Positions 42,685 to 51,542 are shown, numbered from the stretch's first letter. The stretch: DNA of 64,000 nt from an uncultured Sulfitobacter sp. (GCA_964636575.1 CAZWSE010000001.1:36669-100668); one strand, 5' to 3'. Notes: generated by a model not told the origin, from the sequence alone. Numbers and translations are program-made.

Positions 42685-44247
42685 TCAAGCCCCCTTAAGG
42701 TCCTTAACAGCAGTCTGATCCTTAGATGGCTCTTCAACACGAACCGCGCGATTGGAAAACTGAACCATCGATGCGTTTGACGGAAGCGGGGAAACCGTAC
42801 AAGCCAAGGGCTGGCCATCAAGCTTCTGAACGTCCGCATCCCAAACACCGCGTTCGCGTTGGTGCATCACAAATTCCCGAATGTCTGCCCATATTGGACT
42901 GGCCTCACAGCCGTTTTTCCAGTCGCTGGTGGCATCAACAACAGTCATATCCACAAAGCTGGATTCAGGGTCAACCATCCACATGTCGCGATAAGCTTTA
43001 TTGGAATGGGTCAACACACCGCTTGGAGAAAAGACCGCAATCGCGCTGTCAATTGCGTCAAGCATGCTCTGGCTCATTTCCAATTCGGCCCGGAACCGCC
43101 GAGTCAAAGAGACTTCTGCACTGATGTCTTCGAACAGAAAGGCAATGGCTCCGTCTGGATGTGGACGTCCGTTCACACGGTAGGTCTGCCCACTGGCAAG
43201 CGTCCATGTCTCAAGATACTTGCCGTCAGACGCCTGCGCGACAAGCTCGGCAATGCGGTCTCGCCAAGAGGTGTAGTTCTTGGGCTCTGGCATCATTTGA
43301 TTGTCTCGGAGCTTATCGAAAAACGTCAACAAGTTTGGCCGGCTGCTGAGAAACTCTGCGGACAGATCAGTCAAGTCGACCAAAGCAGGATTGAACAAAA
43401 CAAGCTGCCTGTTGCGGTCAAAGATCGCCAAACCAATCGAAAGCTGTGCAAAGGTTTTGGCAAGCGTTTGAACAAAGTTGCGCTGGGCCATTTCAGCGGT
43501 CACTGCCGCATCGATGCTTTCGGCATAAAAGAACTTGGACCCTTCAAGCACGACCATCGAAACTTCAAACCAGAGCTGCTGCGATCCACCTTTTGGCAGA
43601 ACCGAATACCGAACCTTGCCGCTGGCCAGTTTACTGTCGCTGATGCCAGAGAAAAGAACGGTTTCAATCGGATTATCGTCACCGTGAACTTTTTCAAACA
43701 AGTCGGCGTATGCAGCGTTGAACCAAGTTGTTTTGCCGGTGGAGTCGGTTTTCCAAACCGGATTTGGCGCACCTTCCATAGCTTGCCGCAGTGTATCCAG
43801 CTCTTGCGAGGTTTTGCGCGCTTGATGAACGTAGGCAGGCGTGCGTTCATTGTGAATAGACGGTTCGATCAGTTCCACACGCCAACGTCGGCCAAATTGT
43901 TCAATACGTAGCTGCGAGCTATCATCCACGGCTCCAGCATCCAGAACTGTAAAGGGCTCATCGAGAAGGGCTTCAGCGGCTTCGGGAAAGCCAGGATATC
44001 GTCCCTCAAGCACTTTCTCTAAACGAACCCAATCCGTTTCACCGTCTACTCCATCGAGCAGAGATGCGCCGGAAGACGTGGCATCAGCCAAGGCATCGCC
44101 ATCAAACAATAAGACGGTCGATGCCTCATCAACCGGGTTTTCCGGATGCCGTGTCTGACCCGTGTGGCGCACAGCAACGAACCACAGGGCCAGAAGCGCT
44201 GCAAGGAAAGCTGCAACGATGTCGATTGAAACTTCGAAAAGTGTCAT
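42685..44247 (-). CDS. Membrane-anchored multi-PAS domain protein with no recognisable output (no HisKA/HATPase) domain
   Basis: N-terminal TM helix (IVAAFLAALLALWFVAV) followed by three PAS-like modules (WFNAAY..., IFDRNRQLVLFNPA..., VFSPSGVLTHSNKAY...). The protein ends 31 bp before tsaE. An alternative ATG lies at 44292. Confidence 0.75.
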   Translation of the reverse strand: MTLFEVSIDIVAAFLAALLALWFVAVRHTGQTRHPENPVDEASTVLLFDGDALADATSSGASLLDGVDGETDWVRLEKVLEGRYPGFPEAAEALLDEPFTVLDAGAVDDSSQLRIEQFGRRWRVELIEPSIHNERTPAYVHQARKTSQELDTLRQAMEGAPNPVWKTDSTGKTTWFNAAYADLFEKVHGDDNPIETVLFSGISDSKLASGKVRYSVLPKGGSQQLWFEVSMVVLEGSKFFYAESIDAAVTAEMAQRNFVQTLAKTFAQLSIGLAIFDRNRQLVLFNPALVDLTDLSAEFLSSRPNLLTFFDKLRDNQMMPEPKNYTSWRDRIAELVAQASDGKYLETWTLASGQTYRVNGRPHPDGAIAFLFEDISAEVSLTRRFRAELEMSQSMLDAIDSAIAVFSPSGVLTHSNKAYRDMWMVDPESSFVDMTVVDATSDWKNGCEASPIWADIREFVMHQRERGVWDADVQKLDGQPLACTVSPLPSNASMVQFSNRAVRVEEPSKDQTAVKDLKGA

Positions 44248-44303
44248 GATTGAATACCCGCATGTTTCTTGACCCAACGTCGGATGAACCATGCGGGTAA
44301 TTG

Positions 44304-44319
44304 GTTAACTGCAGGTTAA
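44304..44319 (-). promoter_or_regulatory. CtrA-type box TTAA-N7-TTAAC upstream of the PAS-only gene
   Basis: Plus strand reads gTTAACTGCAGGTTAA; the minus strand reads TTAACCTGCAGTTAAC. About 58 nt upstream of the ATG at 44247. Confidence 0.45.
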
Positions 44320-44332
44320 TCTTAACGAGAAC

Positions 44333-45721
44333 TTAAATGCGTAGCGGCCGGTTCTCGCCAAAGGGCACAGCGTTTTCTCCGGTGACTGCATCAATCGCAG
44401 TTCGTGGCCAGGTCACCTCTACGATGGCCCCGCGTCGTTCTCGGGCTTCGTGCTGCTTGCCATGAGTGTCGTTTGCGTTGGCGAACCGAATTTCTGCGCC
44501 GGACCGTTCCAGCAGGGTTTTTGCAATAAAAAGCCCGAGCCCCATTCCTTCGTAAGCGGGACGTTCGCTGTCCGGTGATTGCGTTCGTCGGTTTTTTAAA
44601 AAGGGATCGCCAATACGTCCCAGCAAGTGGTTTGGGAAACCTCTGCCGTCGTCTTGTATCCGCAAAACTATGTCGTCTTCGGTCCATTCAGCTACAACCC
44701 AAATGTTCGCACGTGCAAAGTCGACGGCGTTCTGGATCAGGTTTCGCAGCCCGTGAATGATTTCCGGCTGACGCAAAACGGAAGGCTGTTGAGATTGAGG
44801 TCCGCCCATCTCGATGTGTACATTCTTGCCGCGCTCCATATGAGGTTCGGCCGCCTCTTCGATGACAGTGATTAAAGGGGCTTGCTGAAGGTGTAAGTCG
44901 ACGTTTCCAGCCTGACCCATGTTTCGCAAAATATCACGACACCTATCTGCCTGTTCGCGAATGAGCATTGCGTCTTCCTGAGATTGTGGCAGGTCCTTCA
45001 GATCATCGACCAGTTCGGAACTGGTAAGCGTGATGGTAGCCAAGGGCGTTCCAAGCTCATGCGCGGCGGCCGCCACAACGCCGCCAAGATCGGTGAGTTT
45101 TTGTTCACGCGATAAAGCCATTTGCGTAGCAGTCAGCGCGTCCGTCATTGCATTCATCTCAAAGGTGATCCTGCGGGAATAAACGCTGGTAAAAATCACG
45201 GCGATAATGATTGCAGCCCAGTTCCCGAACACAAACAGATCGGGGATCCGCAAAACAAACCCTTGTTCTGTGCGCAAAGGTACGTGGTATTCTGCCAACA
45301 GCGTGACGACTACGACGGCGGTAAGCCCCAACATTAAGGTCGATCGCAAGGTCAGAACCACGGCCGACATCGTCACGGGCCCAAGTAGCAATAACGCGAA
45401 GGGATTGTGCAATCCCCCCGTAAGATAAAGTAGAAACGCAAGTTGTAGCAGATCGAAGAGAACCATCAGAAAATTCTCTATCTCAGAAAGCCGTTTGTTC
45501 TCAGGAAATACGGAGATCGCGATCAGATTGCCGATGATTGATACGCCAACCGCCAGATAACAAAGGCCCATTTCCAGCGTAAGCCCATAGAGCCGGTCAG
45601 CGACGGTGATCGCTGTTAACTGTCCGATGATGGCAACCCATCGCAAAAAGATCAGCGTGCGCAACCTGATCCAGTTGCTGCGCTGGTCCCCTGGGAACAA
45701 TCCGATGTTCGAATTCGGCAT
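44333..45721 (-). CDS. regB: Redox-sensing histidine kinase RegB/PrrB
   Basis: Quinone-binding GGLHNPF heptapeptide in a TM loop, H-box AAHELGTPLAT, redox-box ADRCRDIL. 462 aa from the ATG at 45721. Divergent from senC-regA. Confidence 0.9.
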   Translation of the reverse strand: MPNSNIGLFPGDQRSNWIRLRTLIFLRWVAIIGQLTAITVADRLYGLTLEMGLCYLAVGVSIIGNLIAISVFPENKRLSEIENFLMVLFDLLQLAFLLYLTGGLHNPFALLLLGPVTMSAVVLTLRSTLMLGLTAVVVVTLLAEYHVPLRTEQGFVLRIPDLFVFGNWAAIIIAVIFTSVYSRRITFEMNAMTDALTATQMALSREQKLTDLGGVVAAAAHELGTPLATITLTSSELVDDLKDLPQSQEDAMLIREQADRCRDILRNMGQAGNVDLHLQQAPLITVIEEAAEPHMERGKNVHIEMGGPQSQQPSVLRQPEIIHGLRNLIQNAVDFARANIWVVAEWTEDDIVLRIQDDGRGFPNHLLGRIGDPFLKNRRTQSPDSERPAYEGMGLGLFIAKTLLERSGAEIRFANANDTHGKQHEARERRGAIVEVTWPRTAIDAVTGENAVPFGENRPLRI

Positions 45722-45811
45722 ATCGCAAACCTGTGTATTGCATTGCTGTCCGCGGTTGCTAGGTGTGCTGCGGAACACGTGGAAGTGTCAGCGGTCAAAG
45801 GAGAAATTGCA

Positions 45812-46429
45812 ATGCTTCGGATTTACGCACTTGCTGCGGTGGCGGTTATCGCGGCAATGATCGGCGGGCTTTGGTTTGCAACAAAACCTGCCTCTGATCC
45901 TGACGACCAGTTTGCATCCTGTCGCGCAAGTCAAGTCGCAGGCGGTGATATTGGTGGACCGTTTGAATTGCTAAATGCGCAAGGCGAAACGGTTACCGAA
46001 CAGGACGTGATTACTGAGCCAACACTGATCTACTTTGGGTATACTTTCTGTCCAGACGTCTGTCCGCTAGACACTGCCAGAAATGCTGAAGCAGTTGATA
46101 TGCTAGAAGAAAAAGGCGTTAGCGCGACCCCTGTTTTCATCACTATCGATCCCAAACGAGATACCCCCGAAGTCGTGGGCGATTATGCATATAACATGCA
46201 TGAAAAGATGATCGGCCTTACAGGGTCGCCAGAACAGATCAAAGCCGCAAGTCAGACGTACAAAACGTATTACAAAGAACAGCCTGGCGATGAGGATTAT
46301 TACCTCGTTGATCATTCGACATTCACCTATCTGGTTCTGCCAACCCACGGATTTGTCGACTTCTTCCGTCGCGAGGCGACCGTGGATCAAATTGCGCAAA
46401 CGGTGCAGTGCTATGCCGAGAACCTCTAA
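45812..46429 (+). CDS. senC: SCO1/SenC (PrrC) copper chaperone/thiol-disulfide protein
   Basis: CPDVCP motif and an N-terminal TM anchor. AAGGAG RBS before the ATG at 45812. Confidence 0.9.
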   Translation: MLRIYALAAVAVIAAMIGGLWFATKPASDPDDQFASCRASQVAGGDIGGPFELLNAQGETVTEQDVITEPTLIYFGYTFCPDVCPLDTARNAEAVDMLEEKGVSATPVFITIDPKRDTPEVVGDYAYNMHEKMIGLTGSPEQIKAASQTYKTYYKEQPGDEDYYLVDHSTFTYLVLPTHGFVDFFRREATVDQIAQTVQCYAENL

Positions 46430-46511
46430 GGATTTGATGCTATTTGACTATTTTTCCGATCAGGCTAAAGATTGTTAGCAAGATAAGAAGAAAAATTGGG
46501 GAGAACATCAC

Positions 46512-47066
46512 ATGGCGGAACAGTCGATGGCGGAGCTAGGCCCCGACAAGTCACTGCTGCTTGTTGATGATGATGAACCCTTTTTGCGCCGCTTGGCTAA
46601 GGCAATGGAAAAGCGTGGTTTTGAGCTGGAAACGGCGGAGTCTGTTGCCGCTGGTAAGGCCATCGCCACGGCCCGTCCCCCTGCCTATGCCGTTGTCGAT
46701 TTGCGCTTGGAAGACGGCAATGGATTAGATGTGGTGGAAGTGCTGCGCGAGAAGCGCCCGGATGCCCGTATCGTGGTTCTGACTGGATACGGTGCTATCG
46801 CCACGGCTGTTGCTGCCGTCAAAATTGGCGCGACTGATTACCTTTCCAAGCCCGCAGATGCCACTGATATTACCAACGCTTTGCTCGCTACGGGTGATGA
46901 TCTTCCGCCGCCGCCAGAGAACCCGATGAGCGCGGATCGTGTGCGTTGGGAGCACATTCAAAGGGTCTATGAATTGTGCGATCGTAACGTGTCTGAAACG
47001 GCGCGCCGGTTAAATATGCACAGGCGGACGTTGCAGCGTATTTTGGCAAAACGGTCGCCTCGGTAA
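46512..47066 (+). CDS. regA: Global redox response regulator RegA/PrrA
   Basis: Receiver domain plus the invariant HTH NVSETARRLNMHRRTLQRILAKRSPR. 184 aa. Confidence 0.95.
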   Translation: MAEQSMAELGPDKSLLLVDDDEPFLRRLAKAMEKRGFELETAESVAAGKAIATARPPAYAVVDLRLEDGNGLDVVEVLREKRPDARIVVLTGYGAIATAVAAVKIGATDYLSKPADATDITNALLATGDDLPPPPENPMSADRVRWEHIQRVYELCDRNVSETARRLNMHRRTLQRILAKRSPR

Positions 47067-47078
47067 CCCAAAACCGCG

Positions 47079-47133
47079 ATGCACAACCCGTACACAAGCT
47101 GTACACAATCCGTACACAGCGCGTACACCAATT
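47079..47133 (+). repeat. Five tandem 11-bp units containing GTACAC(A) (first unit degenerate)
   Basis: GTACAC starts at 47090, 47101, 47112 and 47123, an exact 11-bp period. A degenerate ATGCACA unit lies at 47079. The array fills most of the convergent regA/GNAT gap. Confidence 0.8.
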
Positions 47134-47138
47134 TGCGA

Positions 47139-47624
47139 CTAATCCAGATCGTAGCGCTTGCTGATCTTGTCGACGACGAGCCCGTTTCCCAATTTGATGC
47201 CTTCGTCAAAATGCCAGTCCCGAAACCCACGGCTTTGATAGTAGGTCAGCCCGCCTTCATTGTCGGCACGGATCGTTGCGTTTATCCAAGCGTAACCAAA
47301 CTTCTTGGCGGCTTTCGCTGTTGCGTTGAATAATGCCGACCCGATTCCCAGACCGGTCTGTCCCACCTTAACGAAGGTTGCGATGTCGACGGCCTCAGAC
47401 GGTAGGTCAGGATGTGGACCGATCCATTGGAACCCGACAAGCGTGTCTCCGTTGAAAGCGGCATGCCACGCAGATCTGTCACCGCCTGCGTTTATCTTTT
47501 CTTGAAGGTCTTTGCCGGTCACAGGTTTGGTCAGTGCGGTCGTCCCGCCCGCTTCGATGATGGTGTTGAGCAGCTCTGCCATTTCGGCGGTGTCTGTCAG
47601 GGCTACGCGGCGGACTTGGATCAT
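47139..47624 (-). CDS. GNAT family N-acetyltransferase
   Basis: 161 aa with the acetyl-CoA pocket block GQTGLGIGSALF. 4-bp overlap with the upstream HD gene. Confidence 0.8.
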   Translation of the reverse strand: MIQVRRVALTDTAEMAELLNTIIEAGGTTALTKPVTGKDLQEKINAGGDRSAWHAAFNGDTLVGFQWIGPHPDLPSEAVDIATFVKVGQTGLGIGSALFNATAKAAKKFGYAWINATIRADNEGGLTYYQSRGFRDWHFDEGIKLGNGLVVDKISKRYDLD

Positions 47625-48247
47625 GTCATCTCTTCCATCAGATCATGGTGGCGCTTGGTGAACGCGTTTCGCACTTCAACAGGTGGACGCAAAGCAATGG
47701 TCAGACCCTTTTTCAGTGCGGTATCCGGCTTTCCAAAAAACTTGTCAGCCTCCGCGTCTGAAAAACCGGCAATCTGGGTGGCCTCCATCCACGCGCTCAG
47801 TTTATCGGCTTTCTTGATTTGCTTTTTGATCAGAGCCGGAATTTGCGCGGGCAATCCAAACCGAATGTGGATCGCGGCGGTAAGACGGTCATCCAAGGCG
47901 GAATATCCGGGCCCAACTGCGGCCTTCACCGGTGAAATCATATCCCCGATGACGTATTCAGGCGCGTCGTGGAGAAGGGCGGCCAGTTTCCACTTTGGCT
48001 CAGCCTTGGGCACCAGCCGTCCGAAGATGTCTTCAACCAACAATGAATGCTCAGCAACCGAATAGGCGTAGTCACCCATCGTTTGTCCATTCCACCGCGC
48101 CACAAAGGCCAGCCCATGTGCGATGTCTTCGATTTCGATATCAACTGGGGTCGGATCAAGCAGATCTAATCTGCGACCCGATAGCATTCGTTGCCAAGCG
48201 CGAGGTGGAGCCACCGAATTCAAACCCTCCGAAGTGTCACGGCGCAC
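47621..48247 (-). CDS. HD-domain phosphohydrolase (YfbR-like)
   Basis: H...HD metal-binding pattern (VAEHSLLV, LLHDAPEYVIGD). Confidence 0.75.
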   Translation of the reverse strand: MRRDTSEGLNSVAPPRAWQRMLSGRRLDLLDPTPVDIEIEDIAHGLAFVARWNGQTMGDYAYSVAEHSLLVEDIFGRLVPKAEPKWKLAALLHDAPEYVIGDMISPVKAAVGPGYSALDDRLTAAIHIRFGLPAQIPALIKKQIKKADKLSAWMEATQIAGFSDAEADKFFGKPDTALKKGLTIALRPPVEVRNAFTKRHHDLMEEMT

Positions 48248-48293
48248 TGTGTTTTACACTGGCGCGCCGTGCAAGTCGGAAGTCGTCGTTTTG

Positions 48294-48812
48294 TTAGGCG
48301 CTCCGGCGCGCAACCCGTGATAGGCCAAACAGGCCAAGGCATAACAAAATACCGGTCGCTGGAAGCGGAACAACAATTCCGGCGGCAGTTGAAACACTTG
48401 CTGTTGCGGTGGCCGGTGCCCTGAACGCGCGTTCGACCGCAAGACTGGTTTCTGGCAACGGCGCTGGGCGGCCGCTTGCAAGAGCGTCTTGGGTGATAAA
48501 GGCGCGTTCGGCTGCGATGCCACCTGCGTAGACATCAGGCACGGCTGACGCAAAGACCTCTTCTGCGGGTTCTAGTACAGCCTCTGCTGGTGCCGGAACT
48601 GTATCTATCGTGATTTGAAAGTCGGCCGGTTCCGTCACATCGATGGATGTGATGTTGCCCCCAAAGTTGCCAGACACTTCGCCTGTAGCAGTGCTAGCGG
48701 GGAAGAAGGGCGGTTTTTCCAGTGAATCAACAGTCGATGCGGCCGCACTTGATGCGATTGCAAACACTGCTGACATCACCGCTGCTTTCGCAGCGAATGC
48801 ATGTTGTCTCAT
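48294..48812 (-). CDS. Secreted protein with VPLPA-CTERM-type sorting signal
   Basis: N-terminal signal peptide. The C-terminus VVPLPATGILLCLGLFGLSRVARRSA gives motif + TM + basic tail, a PEP-CTERM-like variant. Confidence 0.65.
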   Translation of the reverse strand: MRQHAFAAKAAVMSAVFAIASSAAASTVDSLEKPPFFPASTATGEVSGNFGGNITSIDVTEPADFQITIDTVPAPAEAVLEPAEEVFASAVPDVYAGGIAAERAFITQDALASGRPAPLPETSLAVERAFRAPATATASVSTAAGIVVPLPATGILLCLGLFGLSRVARRSA

Positions 48813-49022
48813 TTTCTTGCCTCAACGGTTTTTTTATTTATTGCGACCTGTTTAAGGGGTGTTTTCGGAAATTCGAAACACTTTGCGCAGGCTTTTCTGA
48901 TTTGTGGCAAATTGGCATAGGCCCGCATTTCGCGCATATCTGCATTAACCCTTTGACCCATTGTCCTGCACTGGGTCCGGTGCTATCTGCCCCTCAAAGA
49001 GACACATGCAGGAGCAGGTCAC

Positions 49023-50411
49023 ATGGCCAACGACTATATTGTTAAGGACATCAAGCAGGCCGAGTTTGGCCGCAAGGAATTGGACATCGCCGAGACCGAA
49101 ATGCCGGGCCTGATGGCCTGTCGTGCCGAATATGGTGACTCCAAGCCTTTGAAGGGCGCCCGTATCGTCGGGTCTTTGCATATGACCATCCAAACCGCCG
49201 TTTTGATTGAAACGCTGGTCGAACTTGGCGCTGATGTGCGCTGGGCGTCGTGCAACATCTTTTCTACCCAAGACCACGCTGCTGCCGCTATTGCCGCCGG
49301 TGGCACCCCTGTTTTCGCCATCAAAGGCCAGTCTTTGGAAGAGCATTGGGATTACTTGGACAAGTCATTCATGTTCCCCGACGGCCCCAACATGATTTTG
49401 GACGATGGTGGTGATGCCACGCTGTATGTCCTTTTGGGTGCGCGCGCCGAAGCCGGTGAAGATATCATCCCTGTGCCGTCTTCCGAGGAAGAAGAAGTGA
49501 TCAAGAAGCAGATCGCCAAGCGTATGGCCGCAAGCCCCGGTTGGTTTACCAAGACCCGCGATGCCATTCAGGGTGTTTCCGAGGAGACCACAACCGGCGT
49601 GCATCGTTTGTACGATTTGCACAAGAACGGCCAGCTGCCGTTCCCTGCGATCAACGTGAACGACAGTGTCACCAAGTCCAAGTTCGACAATAAATACGGT
49701 TGTAAAGAATCGCTGGTAGACGGCATCCGCCGCGCCACAGACACCATGATGGCGGGCAAGGTTGCTGTTGTTATGGGCTACGGCGATGTTGGCAAAGGAT
49801 CGGCTGCGTCTTTGGCTGGTGCCGGTGCCCGCGTGAAGGTGACCGAGGTTGACCCGATTTGCGCGTTGCAGGCTGCCATGGACGGGTTTGAGGTTGTTCT
49901 TCTGGAAGACGCTTTGCCGACCGCTGATATCTTTATCACCACCACCGGCAACAAAGACGTCATCCGCATCGAGCACATGCGCGAGATGAAGGACATGGCC
50001 ATCGTTGGTAACATCGGTCACTTCGACAACGAAATCCAAGTCGCGAATTTGAAGAACCACAAATGGACCAACATTAAAGAACAGGTCGATATGATCGAGA
50101 TGCCCAACGGCAATCGTTTGATCCTGCTTTCTGAAGGTCGTTTGCTGAACCTTGGTAATGCCACAGGCCACCCGTCCTTCGTGATGTCTGCCTCGTTCAC
50201 CAACCAGGTTTTGGCCCAGATCGAGCTGTTCACAAAAGGCGACGAATACCAGCCTGGCGTCTACATCCTGCCTAAGCATCTGGACGAAAAGGTTGCCCGT
50301 CTGCACCTTGATCGTATCGGCGTGAAGCTGACCAAGATGGACCCTGAACAGGCCGCTTATATTGGCGTGTCTCCGGATGGGCCGTTCAAGCCGGAACACT
50401 ACCGCTACTAA
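49023..50411 (+). CDS. ahcY: Adenosylhomocysteinase
   Basis: 462 aa with full-length conservation ([18 protein letters not shown] motif, C-terminal HYRY). Confidence 0.97.
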   Translation: MANDYIVKDIKQAEFGRKELDIAETEMPGLMACRAEYGDSKPLKGARIVGSLHMTIQTAVLIETLVELGADVRWASCNIFSTQDHAAAAIAAGGTPVFAIKGQSLEEHWDYLDKSFMFPDGPNMILDDGGDATLYVLLGARAEAGEDIIPVPSSEEEEVIKKQIAKRMAASPGWFTKTRDAIQGVSEETTTGVHRLYDLHKNGQLPFPAINVNDSVTKSKFDNKYGCKESLVDGIRRATDTMMAGKVAVVMGYGDVGKGSAASLAGAGARVKVTEVDPICALQAAMDGFEVVLLEDALPTADIFITTTGNKDVIRIEHMREMKDMAIVGNIGHFDNEIQVANLKNHKWTNIKEQVDMIEMPNGNRLILLSEGRLLNLGNATGHPSFVMSASFTNQVLAQIELFTKGDEYQPGVYILPKHLDEKVARLHLDRIGVKLTKMDPEQAAYIGVSPDGPFKPEHYRY

Positions 50412-50430
50412 GTCGGTTTACAGATGTTAA

Positions 50431-50464
50431 AACGCCTCGCCTGATCCGCGGGGCGTTTTTTCTT
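50431..50464 (+). terminator. Rho-independent terminator of ahcY
   Basis: 10-bp stem AACGCCTCGC / GCGGGGCGTT (one G-U pair), 7-nt loop, then TTTTTTCTT. Confidence 0.75.
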
Positions 50465-50570
50465 GTCGATCACGTTTCTGATGCTTGCATCACAGTCGGG
50501 TGAGCCTATCTGGGCCTGCGCCGTTTTGGCGGGCAGTATGCTGCAGTTGTCATTGATTGGGAGGATCGTA

Positions 50571-51542
50571 ATGCGTCGAATTGTCGAAACTTGTGTCGCC
50601 TTAATTCTTACTGCGACCCTTGCTGTTGCATCCCCCGACTTTTGGAAACACGAATGGCCGAAGACTGATTTCGGTAACACCTCGATCGAAAACTGGGTCG
50701 AGATTCTGTCTGGTGGTCCGCCAAAAGACGGCATCCCCGCGATCAATTCTCCTAAGTTCAGCTACGCTGCCAAGGCGCGCGGTTTAAAACCGAACGAGCC
50801 GGTTATAACCGTTGCATTTGATGGTCAGCCCGAGCGTGCTTATCCAGTGCGTTATCTCATGTGGCATGAGATCGTGAACGATCAGATCGGTGGTGTCCCG
50901 ATTGCCGTTACCTTTTGCCCATTATGCAATTCAGGAGTGACCTTTGACCGACGGACGAAGCTCGGCGTTTTGACGTTTGGCGTGTCTGGCAAGTTGCGCA
51001 ATTCTGATATGGTCATGTTTGACCGCGAAACCGAAAGCTGGTGGCAGCAGGCTGTAGGTGAGGCGATTGTAGGCGACTTGACCGGTACCGAGCTTACTAT
51101 GCTGCCCAGTTGGATGGAAAGTTGGGCGCAATTCCGAGACCGTAACAGCCCTAACGCCTTAGTGATGGCCGAACCTGACACGGGGCGTGCCTATGGACGC
51201 AACCCCTATGCAGGCTACGACAGTTCATCCCGCCCATTCTTGTATAACGGAGAAATGCCGCCGCATGGTTTGTCGCCTGTCGAGCGGGTTATCCGCGTTG
51301 GTAACAGGGCTTGGCCGATGAAAGATGTGCGGTCCGTAGGAGAGATCAAACAAGCCGGTGTGACCATCAGTTGGGAAGCCGGACAGGCCTCTGCGCTTGA
51401 TACTGCCGTCATTGCTAACGGTCGGGATGTTGGCTCGATACGGGTGCGCGACTCAAAGGGCGATGATGTTGTCCATGACGTAATGTTTGCCTTTGCTTTC
51501 CATGCGTTCTGGCCGGATGGTACTTGGATGCTGGCCCCTTAG
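50571..51542 (+). CDS. DUF3179 domain protein (exported)
   Basis: Signal peptide. Blocks GGPPKDGIPAI and VTFCPLCNSGV are typical of DUF3179. GGGAGG RBS before the ATG at 50571. Confidence 0.75.
   Translation: MRRIVETCVALILTATLAVASPDFWKHEWPKTDFGNTSIENWVEILSGGPPKDGIPAINSPKFSYAAKARGLKPNEPVITVAFDGQPERAYPVRYLMWHEIVNDQIGGVPIAVTFCPLCNSGVTFDRRTKLGVLTFGVSGKLRNSDMVMFDRETESWWQQAVGEAIVGDLTGTELTMLPSWMESWAQFRDRNSPNALVMAEPDTGRAYGRNPYAGYDSSSRPFLYNGEMPPHGLSPVERVIRVGNRAWPMKDVRSVGEIKQAGVTISWEAGQASALDTAVIANGRDVGSIRVRDSKGDDVVHDVMFAFAFHAFWPDGTWMLAP

Noticed and set aside
45761-45790. CACGTG-containing sequence GGAACACGTGGAAG in the regB/senC promoter region as a possible parS.
   Set aside because: The flanks are not palindromic and it differs from TGTTTCACGTGAAACA at many positions. 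It is more likely part of the regB/senC promoter or operator.
47079-47333. 84-aa ORF beginning MHNPYTSCTQSVHSAYT.
   Set aside because: Its N-terminus is just the translation of the 11-bp GTACAC repeat array, and the rest is antisense to the GNAT gene.
48813-49022. SAH riboswitch upstream of ahcY.
   Set aside because: I could not find the conserved core sequences of the SAH riboswitch by eye. Only a generic hairpin is present (kept as a low-interest finding).
49365-50399. 344-aa ORF antisense to ahcY. Similar long antisense ORFs lie at 42859-43911 (opposite the PAS gene), 59334-60425 (opposite the HemY-like gene), 62148-62903 (opposite flgE) and 26366-27034.
   Set aside because: Each lies fully inside a strongly conserved gene on the other strand. 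Their translations are low-complexity Arg/Gly/Val-rich with no recognisable motifs. This is the typical stop-codon-poor antisense frame of a biased-codon genome.
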